Shown here piece after piece: positions 37,700 through 50,459 of a stretch of DNA of 64,000 nt. Source of the stretch: Obrimoposthia wandeli (taxonomy: Eukaryota); NCBI GenBank assembly GCA_977020255.1, contig CDROCS010001717.1, positions 248,001 through 312,000 on the forward strand. The letters are read 5' to 3'. Within the stretch, counting starts at the first letter, position 1. Each line of letters opens with the position of its first letter. Made by a program: the position numbers and the translations under genes. The notes under the pieces are model-generated. The model searched no databases. It saw only the letters and a list, made by a program, of their open reading frames with translations, and was not told the origin of the DNA.

Positions 37700-38850
37700 G
37701 AGGAAATTTTCAGATTATATACTATTTAATCTATTTTTAAACCACTTTGCAAATTAACACTATAAACAATATCAAGATAGAGCAAGCACATATATAGGTC
37801 TGGTAGTATTTATATGGATTATAATAGAAATGATCAGAGAGAAAATATTAATCCATTACTGAAACAATAACAAGACCTATACGAGAAACCGAAGAACGTA
37901 AACTCTTTAAGGATATGGCTAATACTAAACGATTTTCATAAACAACATTATTAACCAATTAGAAACAAGCTTCAAAGGATAAACAATTGAATATCCGAAT
38001 TTAGAAAAGCTATACCAACCTATGCACAAATATCACGGATATGATATGCATTTTTTAAAGACATCTCACAACTATAATTTTATTTTTCCTGTCAACATAG
38101 AGACGCTTAGATTTTATTTTCAGTTATTAAATTTGACTTATTAAATTCAGTTATTAAATTAAAGACAGGATCAATATTCTCTTCAAACAATTCCAGATCA
38201 AATATGAGCTTCAGGAAAACAAATTCATAATCAAAGGACAAAAAGCCACTTTCAAGCAGGAGCATGGATCAATATTCGATGGACCTCCACCAAGAAATCA
38301 GAATTCAAGGATAAAAGATCGGGCCTTCTGGATTGATAACACTTATATGGAAAATAATTGAGGCAGTTAAAGTTGGCTAATGCAATTTAATATGTATATC
38401 TTTATTTGCTTCTTCTTTATAAACAATAGTAATAATTTAATAATACTTTATAAGAAAATGAGTGAAAAAGCTATTACTAAATCATTAAAGACTAAAAAAT
38501 GAAGAGTGGGAGTGTTTCTTTTATATTAGGGAATCTTTTAAGTAGATGGTTTGGTGGAGTTAATACGAATGCTCTAAAATTGAAAAATAATATGGATTTT
38601 ATTGCAAGTATACAAAATGGGAATATCATACTTGATATTTTTGTAAGATTACATAAAGCATTCAATGCAAGTGAAAAGAATCCTAGTGCATATCTTGGTA
38701 CAAAATTTTTCGCTAAACGATCCAAAGACCCAAATTTAAAAACATTTAATTCAATTTTGCTATTTATAAATTTGATAAAGTTTAGTAAATTATATACAAA
38801 TTATTTTGATGAGTATTTAAATGAAATTAGAAATGAATTTTTTACCAGTA
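37700..38850 (+). mobile_element. Decayed non-LTR retrotransposon (LINE) ORF2 remnant
   Basis: RWFGGVNTNALKLKNNMDFIASIQNGNIILDIFVRLHKAFN resembles the RT Q.GFR...IFLDLSKAFD region. AYLGTK resembles KYLG. Confidence 0.45.
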
Positions 38851-41289
38851 GATAGTTAGCTACCTATAGTAGTAAGTAGCTAAAATTCTAAAAAATATTT
38901 TTCTATATCGTTTTAAGACTCCATTAACAAAAAGTTCGCGACCCTCCCATCCCTTTCTTTTGTAGCCCCATTGAGGTCTTTTTTTGTGCATGCATGTGAA
39001 GGACTCACTGCCAGTTTTTTATAAGAAAGTTTGGAGACCAATCAATGAAGCCCAGGATCTCTTCTACTTCAAGAGATTCCCGGAGCATCAACCCTTCTGC
39101 GAGATAGCACTTCTCTGCTAGAGAGTGCTTCTCGCTGTTCAGGAACTCGTTCAATAAAATGTATCGTTTGCATTCCACTTTATAAATAATGAAATGAAAC
39201 TAGAAAAATATCTCATATACTCTTCTCGGCCTAATTGATTTCATTGATGCGTTAAAACAAATGATCTTTTAAAAACAATGGATAATATTATAAACTTCCT
39301 ATTTAAATAAAATATACATAGTATATAATAACCTAGATACATTGACCTGATTAAAATTATTTTAATGCATTATCATTTAGTTAGATCACATTTGTTTATA
39401 TAATATATTATGAAATTGATATATTTAAACAAAATATTTTTATGTGGAAAGGATCCTTTGTATAATATTATAAAACACTAAGATTAAATTTTGATAAAAT
39501 ATTTGTTACTTGTGATAAAAAATAATATAAAATTAAAATATAAATATTTAAAACTTTTAAAAGTTAGAAATTTTTAAAGTTTTTGAAATTTTTATGTTTT
39601 TTGAAAATTTAAAGTTTTTAAATTTTTTTTAAATTTAAACAAAATAATTTTAACTAAAATAATTTTCGAAAAATTTGATCTTGAAAATCTTAAATTAGTG
39701 CGCACGAATATTAGTGTATTTAAACGAAAATGGCTTTAAAATTATCATACTATAGTGTATACCTTTATACCTTTAATTGATGCGTTTAAACAAAATAATG
39801 ACCTTTAAATGACCTTTAAATAATTTTTAAATAACCTTCAAATGACCTTGGCGTACTTGGCATAAAATGACACGTGTGCTGGGTGCCATGGTTTCCATGA
39901 TAACATGCTACGTACTCAGAAGAGTTTGCTCTCGTGGGGTACTTTTTGCCTTGAGTTGAAGTATTACTTCCCTCTACTGACGTAACCACCTATAACATAT
40001 AGGTCAGTCGTGGGTCAACCACGTGATGGTGTTTCAAGCACTGGGATATTGAGGATTGTTGTGTCCCAATATTACTGGAGGAACATCGTTTTCGTCGCTA
40101 GGCTCCGGCTATTTGACATCCATTTGTTCTAGGTTCGTACCCAGACTTGTTCAAACTTTAACTTCAATTTACTCTAGACCTACACTACACCCCATTAGTT
40201 TTATGGACCTCCCAGTGATACCATACACAACTCTCTACATATCACAACAACAACAAAACATAAAAAGAAAACCTTCAGATTTGAAACTTGAATTAAGTAA
40301 AATAAGAATAGGTAGACAACAAATATATGTAAGACCTATCACTATAGAACTCACGTTAAAGGGGTCCATACAAGGATCTAAGAGTTTCAATTAGAAACCC
40401 AACATATTTATAAAAATTTATATGTTTAAAACTATTTAGTTAAAATTATCTATGTACATATTTGAAGATTTCATCTATACTTAGTTGCTTGTCATTAATT
40501 CATATAATATGCTATTGTAATTCCATCTGTCTTAGTCCCCCCTCTGTCACTCAGTTATTACACATTATATTGAACAAGATCTTATCTCAAGTGTATTTAA
40601 GTCAGAAGTGCCACAGCCCCATACTGAAATTCATATTAAATCATGTGCATTCAATGAAGAAAGCCACACATCGAACCTAAAGGTATAACAAAATTGAGCA
40701 AATTAATTTGTTATAGCAGGGTTTCGTTATATCAAAGTTTCACTTGTAAATCCATACAATTAAATTATATAAAGAGTGTTTTCAATTTTATATATGTATT
40801 AAAAAGGAGTAATTGTCTATTGCTTGGACTGGATCTTCTTTCCAATCAATGCGAACTCTAACTTTTGAAGATCATCAGCTTGTTCACTGAATTATTTCTG
40901 CAAATTAATCCGATACTGAAAAGCTAATTTTCGGGGGACTGACTCAGACTATTGCTTTTCATCTTCTTAATCTTTATCTACATCTACTCTATCTTAAATC
41001 AAATTAGTTTACCACTGCTGCATATCCCTCCTTGGAAAGCCAATGTCTTAATGGAGATAAATTTATAGAAATTTCCAGATTCAACTGCATTCTAGATATT
41101 GATGGGTGAATATTTTCTAAACAGTCAGGTATGATATTTGTTTTGTCGTGCTCAGCTGCTGGAATTCCAGCTGAAACCAATTCACCGCTGATGCAACAAA
41201 AGTGATAATTTGTCTCTTTTTGAATTAATTAATAATTGCTGGATTTGAATGTGTAAACTTCATTCTTAACCAAAGTTGGCATGAGAGAA

Positions 41290-41800
41290 TATTTAAAAAT
41301 TTTTTTTGAAGAAAAGCAATTTTATCCGAATTTTTTCCCAGACAACGATGTACAAGTAATTTAAAAATTTTCTAATTTCTCGGCAATTTTTTTTTATTTA
41401 AACAACTTTTTTTAGATAAAATATTTTTTTTGACACTTTGGAAAAAATAACTTTTTGAAAATTTTGACCTTTGAAGGTACCAAGGTCAGACCAAGCCTAT
41501 TAAATATAACTTTAAAAAGTAGAAGAGGTTGAACCTTGAAGGTTAACTTTAAAAAAACCACCCCAAACAACTTCTTTAAAGAACCAATTTTAAAGAACCT
41601 CCTCAAAGAACCACCTTTAAAGAACCACCTCAAGGACTACCCAAAAAGAAACATCTTCAAAGAATCGTGTCCTCAAAAGGTCATGTTCTCATAAAGTCAT
41701 AACTTTGTGAGGTCAAGGGTGACGTCATAGCAACGGTTGCTATGGTAGCTGCTGCCACGGCAACACCTCCTTGTCCTGATAAACACATTGTTTTCTGGGA
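41290..41800. repeat. Dispersed repeat with AAAGAACCACC tandem motifs; second copy at about 60170-60660
   Basis: Shared blocks TTTTGACCYTTGRAGGT, CCTTGAAGGTTAACTTT and repeated AAAGAACCACCT in both places. The AT-rich part near 39470-39560 resembles 60000-60150. Confidence 0.6.
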
Positions 41801-42239
41801 AGGAGAGGGGAAAGCATCTCTTTGTCCCAAAATACACATTTTTTCAAAATCGCCAAAAATAATCAAAATTTGACCATATTTACCAAAATATTCCGATTTT
41901 TTCCGTTTTTTTTAAAATTCGTCGATAAAATCACATTGTCGGAATAAAGCTGCTGGAATTATGTAATTTGGACTCAAGAATACGTATGCTAATACATTAA
42001 AAAGAGAATACAACCGTACTCATATCTCAAACATTATGAAGAAAAAATGCACAAAAAGGTTTTCCTCGAAAAACAGAACAGATAAAATTTGTAATTCTTT
42101 AAAATGCGATAGAAACTCAATTCTAGGACATTATTTTGAGAAATTTGGAATAATATCCATATGTTCTAAATTTGATTTAAAATAAGCAAAAATTGTTTCC
42201 TATAAAATTAAGACTATTAGCTTTCCAATTTGTCAAAAA

Positions 42240-43270
42240 TCTAGACAACAATGAATGCAATTAGAAAATCAAGTTGATGAAATGATTGAAAATTTACTCA
42301 AATCAAACGTAATAAAACGTTGTGAAAGTTTTGGAACTCACCGGTGGTCATTGTGAAGAAGCCAGACAATACAATTCTAATGTGAATTAACTACAAACAA
42401 TTGAATGTTGTAACCAAGAATTTGACATTTCCAAAACCGAATGCCCAACTCTCGTTGTCTGGGCGATGATAAAATATTTATGACACAAGATATTGGACAA
42501 GCTTATTACAAGATAAATTTAGAAAATGATTATCTGCCTTCGGTATAAAACTAGAACATTTTTTGTTGTAATTTGTTGCCAATTGGGTTGGCTACAGCAC
42601 CAGAAACATTCAAGAGTCTGATGCATAATATATTTGATGGGGTTCTGTTCAAAGAAACAATTATATATCTGGTTGATATCCTTGTTTATAGTAACAATCA
42701 AGAGGAACATTATAAATTATTAAGAAAAGTATTCGAATGAATAGCAGCTGCAGGACTCCAAAGAAACTCTAATAAATTCTGCATTGGCGGAATACATACA
42801 AATCAGTCAAAAGTCAACAAAATTATAGATTACAATAAAACCAGATTGCAGCGGAATAACAAATTATTATGTGTATGTTATAGGTGTATGCAAAAATTGC
42901 CGCAGTGGTTTCGGAAATAAGAAGTCAATACAATGGTCACTGGATTGTAAAACAAGTTTTGCACTCCCCAAACAACATACAATAAAGAAGATATCATCCA
43001 AGACGAAAGAAAGAACCAACAAATCGCAGCGGAAAAGTTACAGAAGTTAGATAAAGAAAAAAGAGAGGAAAGGATATTTTATGTTAAGGAAAATGTGATT
43101 GTTCAAAAGTATCCAATTTAAAGAAACACGAATGGCGACAAGTATGAAGGCCCAATAGAGTAATAAAATTGTTAAGTTCACGACAGGTATTGATTCAGTT
43201 TCAAAGAGGAATCCTCCACAGGAGAATCGAATGGCTGAATAAGTGTAAGTTTTAATAGTGAAGGGTAAGA
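42240..43270 (+). mobile_element. Heavily deleted Gypsy pol remnant
   Basis: RT N-terminal SPVVIVKKPDNT region, TAPETFKSLMH, KYEGP near 43140. Related to 61230-61620. Confidence 0.65.
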
Positions 43271-43457
43271 GTTATGTAATCAGAAACCAGAATATCCCAC
43301 CGAGAATATTCGTTTATAAATATCCTGTATACGTGAATAAATATTTTGTTTGTACAATCTGACTCTTTTGAATTATGTATGCGATGGAAAACATATATGT
43401 ATATATTTATTTACAAAAGCTACTTTTACTATATTATACAAATATTTCCCCACACAG

Positions 43458-44504
43458 AATGACTCCAAGCGACTGGTGGTGCCAATTATCACAACCAATA
43501 TCAACACCGAGAGCAGCGTCAACATGCAGTTTATGCTCTCACAGCTCAATCTCAACATCACTGAAGTTAACGTAAATGTCAAGAATATTGAGGTCGAATT
43601 CGCTGCACAGCTTAGAAAATTGACGCAGGAAAAGACCAATGTGCTCAAACTAGCCAATTCTGTCAACAATGTTCGTGCCGTTTGGCTCTACATTAACAGA
43701 ACCGTATTTCCATGGAAGAACGATTTCTCCCAACTCAATATTCAGGTTGCCTCGACAACGAGCTTCATTGGTGCTTCCTTTGTTGTCGTCTCGACGTTGC
43801 TGATTCTCGTACCCACTATGTATTTCGTGGCGGTTTACTCTCTTGTGTTATATTGCATCTCATACCGGTTCTACTTGGAGTACCTCATCTCCCAGTCGAG
43901 CGCCACTGCCAATTTGTCACAGGCGCCCTTCATGTCAGTGCTGGACAACTATAAATCCAAACAGAGCCTCGTCAAATTCCGACATAAAACCAACTATCGT
44001 GCCGGTGGCTTCTATGTCTACTTCATCGTCGCCTCCATCCTAATCTTCTTTATTGCCCTAATCTCCATTATCTGTTACACCACTGGATTTCTCGTCTACA
44101 ACGAAGTCTGTGTTCAATTGAACTCCATCGAAGGCCAACTGCAAATGGATTCTATCATCAACACCTTCTTTCAACGCTACTGGAAACTACTAACATCATC
44201 ACTAGACATCTCCAAGAGTCCTGTTGAGTTGATCTTCAGCCAGCCCTCCAACATTCTGTTGAAGATCAAGTCCAACTGCACAGGCACAAACGGGCTACTC
44301 TATGCAGCCGAGATTAACAACATCATCAATATCTCATCTTTCGTATGGAGTCCCGAGAATATGGCAGTGCTACGAAATGGCCTCAGGGGAACTTACAATG
44401 CAATTATCGATATCAACATCATTGACATTATCCCATCGAATATCTTAGAGCTTTTAGTTACCGCCAAAAATATCACGGAATACTTTGACAAGATCAACTA
44501 TCAA
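43458..44504 (+). CDS. Prominin-like gene, exon D (end of loop 1, TM3, TM4, second extracellular loop)
   Basis: Acceptor CCCCACACAG|AAT (phase 0), 349 open codons, two TM segments, GFLVYNEVCVQL and SNCTGTNGLLY motifs as in prominins, donor CAA|GTGAGT (phase 0). Confidence 0.8.
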
Positions 44505-45656
44505 GTGAGTCTCAAAATTGCTAAATAAACCAGTATAAACTCGACAAATAATAATAATAAAAAATAACAACAACAATGATGTATTTAATATAGTACTTTT
44601 ATCTGATCAACCTGGATTTTATTACTCAAAACATCTTTGTGTTTTTCAAGGTAGGTATTATCTTGCATAAAGTTTCTAAATAGTAAAATATTTCGATGCT
44701 CTTTGATACACTTTCTTATTATGTAAATTATTACAAATATTCGGAGTTAAATTTCAAATATTCCATCACTCTGATTGTTATTTTAAAATTATAAATCTGC
44801 AACCACCATCGTTGTACCTAAGATTCATATACATTTAATAATAAGGCATTTATTGGCATCCAATGGAGCTTCATTGAATGTTCACTTGAACAAGTTTTTT
44901 TCTCTACCTCAAATATAATATTCACGGTTTTGTTAAAATGGTTTTAAACTATTTTATTGATAAACTGGAATAATGAACAGCAAGGAATTATGAAAATCAA
45001 GTCTCGATGTAATAGTATATTATTTTAAATCTTGAATATGACAAAGTATGTTTAAAAACAATGTATAAATCCTTGTCGTCCATAGTTTTGCAGAATGGGC
45101 AGATGTAATACACCCGCCCACAAGACTTTGACCGATAGTAGGCGGACATTATCTTCATGCAGGAATCTCCTGCATTTTGGAGCCGAAGCAGCACAATACA
45201 CTAAAAACAGGTTACAAGTTATGTGAAATAATAAAGATTAATAAAGATTAAAAAAATATAGGTTATTATCATATTAATTATTTCAAAAATTGGGGATATA
45301 ATGAAAATATTTACTGTTATTGAATTTATTCCTTCAATGAGAAGAATTGTTTATCTGTTATTGGTTGATAATATTAAATTTTATATTTTTTATTTCTTCA
45401 ATTAAAAGAATTGTTTATTTGTATGTAAGGTCATTTATCATTGGTTGAAATTGTTAATTTTTTATATATTGTATTTCTCCAATTAGAAGTATTGTTTATC
45501 TACATGTTAAGTAATATAAAGATAGACTTAAACACTTTTTAAATGCCCAATGTTCACCATGATCGCAATATGGATAGCAAATATTTCGTGGAATTTTTAA
45601 TAGATAATCAAGTTAAGTATTTCAATCCTAATTTTTGCAAATATTTTTTTAATGTC

Positions 45657-48598
45657 AGTAGGTGGATGGGTCCGGTCTAATCCACCCTCTGAGGTGCTAC
45701 CACTGTCCTTTAAAACACTGCATGTGTGTGGAGTGAAATTTCGTGCATGTGTGTGTCCATTCCTTCCGAACTGGGGGGGTCCCTAATTTTTTTTATTTTA
45801 CTTTGAAATTTACCGCTAATCTTAAAAGTGATTAGAGAAGACCACGGGAATCCATATTTGTCCCGGTGGCTTATCGCAGATGAGATTTCAAATAATATGT
45901 GAATATAAACTAACATTTTTACATTCTAAAAAGAAAGAGTCAGTGTCCCCAGCTGCAATTTTGATCTCACAATTGAATTCTTGCCGATATTTCTCTAATT
46001 CTATATATTGAAGCTCGTACATTCTGAGTTTAGAAATGTCTAAAACCGTTTGACCTATATAACTCGGTCAATCGGGACAAATACTCTGTTTTCCTAATAA
46101 CACTGCTACCAAGTCATCTGCAATTGTAAAACTACGCTTGAAGTTGTACTTGCTAGTATATATTATTAGTTTACGCTCACCATTGCTAAACCGTAGAAGA
46201 ATACGTTTCCGCAAGTTCTCTACAGTTTTTCTAAAGATACTATTACTTTTTAACTTGTAAAAATCCCGATCGAATTTGCTAGTGGCCAAATTACGTTTTC
46301 TAGAATTCTTCTTAATTTAGTCTTTAAACACAAAGTTTTGACTGAAGCTTATAGCACAATGAATTCGAGTGACTTTCGCTTCCAACTTTAAGTAGAATTG
46401 AAGAAGCCGCCAATGCACAACATAATTCAACTTGTCTTCATGGGTTAACAATAATTTCTTAACCTTTGAATTAGGTGGGCATTGATGAACAGGCGCTACT
46501 GGAAGATCATCTAATTTATCATGCACATTGGGAGGGATTTTTAAGTCAACCTCAACCAAATAGCCGATGTCTGATGAAACTGTATCAACAGTAGCCAAAT
46601 CTGTCACCAACTTATTCAACTCTTCCTCATCATAAACCCACTTAAAGTTGGCATGAAGAAGAGATTGAATAAGTGCCCACCCATACAAATTATTAATGTC
46701 GATGTACAGAATCTCGGTGGATTGATTTTTGACAACATGATGTTTGTTGACAAAAGTCATTCCACCGCGTATACCATAATCATACATTTGATACATCACG
46801 GGATCTTGCAGTAACTCGATATAAATATTAAGAGTTTTTATTGCTGTTGCCCATGAAAGACCAGGTAAACTATAAAAATGCATGGGATCTAGTTCATCTT
46901 CTGCTAAAGAATTTTCACGAAAGGACTCAAAAACATCAGCTAAAAGATAAATGTTTAACTTCATATAATAAAACATATAATCTAGAATATTTCGAAAATT
47001 ATTCTCCCAAAATGTACGGGCCTCATTATAGTCTTGAAGACAAATTCAGTTATGGGTGGGATTTCTGTAGTATTTTCTAAATCTGCAAAGGTTTTCGCAA
47101 ATTTATACGGAAAAATCCCCTTATCATTAACCAAAGCTGGGAACACTGACTGTGTGATTGGCCATGCATTTAAAGATGCCGTTAAATTTTTTAAAGACCC
47201 ACTCAAAAACTGCAGAGAATCTATGAATCTTAAACTACAGAATTCAGTATATGCAGTTAAAGATAAATATTTCTCTGAAGTTTGAGGTATACAAGAAATT
47301 TCCCAAGAACCTTATGTACCCAACGCGTAGTTAAGTATATGAGGCAAATCATATTCTTTGAGATTATGAAACACGATGGGAATGCGTCTAATGATCATTG
47401 CATGATGAACATTAAGATCATACTACGGTTTGACAATTGTAGTTCCTAATTCTTCTAATTTTAACATAAAATCTAAAATCACATTAAATTAAATGATATA
47501 TTTTTATTTATCAAATGAGAGTTTAATAAATCGAAGAGATTGGATCTCCTTGCTGCTTCTGCCAAAGTTGCTGGACGAGTGGCTTCTGTGTTCTGCCGGG
47601 AAGTACAGTCTTCCCAATTCTCAATCGAATCCTGACTAGTCATTTCGATATATTGGGATCTCTGTACCCCACCTCTCACGTCCATTGGTTCTTCTCTTGG
47701 AGTTGAGTTGACCAATGGCGATTCTTCTAGTAACAGCTTCGTTATTACTGATGATTCTCTTTCGTCTTCTTCGCTCACAACCGACGAGTCTTGACTAAGT
47801 AAGTCAATGTACTGCACCGGTGGTGGCGTTCACTGCTGTACTGGAGAGAGATCCCCATACAGTTGAACCTCCATCTCTTCGTCTAGGTCAACGTTGTTGA
47901 AAATAGGCATTCTTGATTCTTGATTTTGATTTATGAAAAATAATGAAAAGAGGTCTCCTTATATATATAAAACAACAGACTCTTTTGTCGTCCAATGAGA
48001 GCGGGTTATTCAAATAATTTATTTGAAAAATCCATAAACTTTTCTCACTTTTTTAACGACGTTTGAATGCGAGAATGTTATTGGATAAAAAAAACTTTTA
48101 TTCAAATATAGTACTATTTTCTTAAGTTTTTGTTGACTAAGTTCAATATCCAATGAGAACGTATTATTCAAATAATTTATTTGAAAATTTATAGAATTTT
48201 CTTAATTTTTCGATGATGATTGAATACATGTATATCTTTGCATTTAAAATGGTAATATTTTCTTGACTGTACACATTTGAAGGGTATAATGTAATAAAAA
48301 GTAGCCTTTTGAGTGTATCTGGATATAAATACTTATAAGGAAAGTTTTTTCGCGACCCTGTATATATATGTATTGCTCGTCAGGCCAAAGCGGGCCTGAA
48401 GGGCACGCGTTGGCTCTTAGATGGCCCCTCAGGCATATCCTAACTAATATTTTAAAGGGTGTTAAATGGGGTTAATTAGTTTTTTAGGGTAATTTTGTAG
48501 GAAATTTCACTCCACACACATGTACGGTTTTAAAGGACAATGGTAGCTTCCCCGGGGGAGGGGGAGGTGGTGGATTAGACCGGACAAATCCATCTATT
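45657..48598 (-). mobile_element. 2.9-kb deletion-derivative Polinton (copy A) with TIRs and 6-bp TSD
   Basis: Left end AGTAGGTGGATGGG, right end (reverse complement) AATAGATGGATTTG, about 90-bp imperfect TIRs, AATGTC at 45651-56 and 48599-604. Contains the ORF1 5' part and pPolB pieces. Confidence 0.9.
45900..47450 (-). pseudogene. Protein-primed DNA polymerase B fragments (palm domain)
   Basis: LLADVFESFR, GIRGGMTFV, ILYIDINNLYGWAL, GYLVEVDL, FYKLKSNSIF, YIGQTVLDISK, AGDTDSFF (about 45935-45955). Confidence 0.9.
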
Positions 48599-50459
48599 AA
48601 TGTCTTATATTTTTTGTCATCATCTAAAACATAAAAAATTCCACTTTCAATATAAAAATTAGATTTAATTGTATTGATAATACATAATTATCAAAAAGGC
48701 TTATTTCCTTCTTTCCATTTTAATAAATAAAAATATTTAGGGAGATATAAATTAATAATTTTATTATTATAATCTCAAGTCCTAAACGGGATATCAACAT
48801 AAAATATGAAATGCAAAGAATGAAAAATGTCACATATATCCATAATACATAATTATTTTTATAATATAATCTGTATGTTTGTTAATGGAAGCCTCAAAGT
48901 CAATGATATAATCTTGCATAAATACCCAAATATGTTGCAAATTCCTTTATAAAGAATTTAAATAGAAACTAATAATCAAAATTTATTAAAATATCAAAGT
49001 ACTCCGTATTCATTTTTTCTGTTAAGATTGCTACATATTTTCAATTCTCTTATGAATATTAAAATAAATTATATAAAATGTAATCCTAGCTAATAATATT
49101 GAAAGTAAGTGCATATTTTATCTGCAACAATTTATGGAGTATCGTTTTTTGAGAAATAATTTTTTCGTAATCTACCATTAAATTTGGAGATAATTTAATG
49201 TATAATTTATTCAATTTTATTTTATCATCCATCTTATAAAACAATATATATAAAATTGTTTATATTAAGTATGGTTATGTAAAATATTTAGTCGATAATA
49301 TTAATTATATTTATATATATTTATTGATTAACTTTATGTAATTGATATGATATTTGAATCATTGATTTATTTTACACGGAATTTAGAGATATTTAATGTA
49401 TTTGATATTGGATTTGATTAATTATCATGGATTTATTAGATATGTAGAATATTTGATTTGGTTTATCTGGGATTATGTTTAATTTACATGGATTTAACAG
49501 ATATAAAAATGAATGGAGCTATGGATTTCAATATATTTACAAGTTCTCATTTATGTTTAGTAGGGTTCACATGGGTTGTCATTGATTTTCATAAGTATTT
49601 TCATTGACTTTACTGAGATTGCATTTAATTACATAGGTGATTTTAAATTAGCTATATATTGGGATATAAGATTATATTACCAGTTATGTAATTATATATA
49701 TTATTATAATTTACTCTCATACATACATATACGTATAATGATATATCGATTCTTGATGTAATCTGTGTAACTCTGTGAATTCAACCTGTGTATTCCACCA
49801 ACTTGCAAAATTTTGCAAATACTTGCAACAACCAATCAAAACACAGACATCTTCACATACGTTCATGTTTTGTTCTAATATATACATTCACAAATATATC
49901 GACTCTCCTTGTACTTTTCAACCAATTTTCTGTAATTTTTGAAAGAGCTTCCACAAATCCCATCAAATATTAATTATTGAGCATAGAGAACATTGAGCTT
50001 ATAAAAAATGTTTTTCTTAGAATTTGGAATAATAAAATTTTAAATAATCTTATTTATTTAAAATAAAACATCTTATAAGTAAGAATAATTTTTTTTTAAA
50101 AGAAAAATTACATGGTAAATCTATGTTTGTTTTACTGTGTTATTTTTAACAAAGAAAATGAAATACAAACAATCAATTGATATAAACAGGCCAATTTCTA
50201 TAAACAAACGAATTATTAGTGTTTAAACTATTACAAAATTACTAATGTAAGCAGTTTATTTTTGATATTATTTTACTAATTATATTTTTAGTGCAATATT
50301 ACAAAAATGTATGTTTTAATCAATACCATTTGATTTGCAAATCAAAGATGCAACGATATTTTGAAACAAAGTTCTTTGGACGTATTTTCTATATGTTTCC
50401 AATGTGAACCGACTGATGATCAGCCTTTTTCATTCATCAAGCTCATTTCGGAAATTATT

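Larger units (their letters stand above)
44997..49350 (-). mobile_element. Older internal fragment of the young Polinton family (copy D), split by the mini-Polinton
   Basis: 44997-45656 and 48605-49350 are collinear with 53780-54960 of copy B, including the CPFC exon. Confidence 0.75.

Noticed and set aside
38961-39243. Solo LTR
   Set aside because: TG...CA ends and an AATAAA are present, but there is no TSD or second copy to support it.
43350-43457. N-terminal part of the 392-aa ORF as coding
   Set aside because: AT-rich sequence upstream of a clear acceptor at 43457, so it is intronic read-through.
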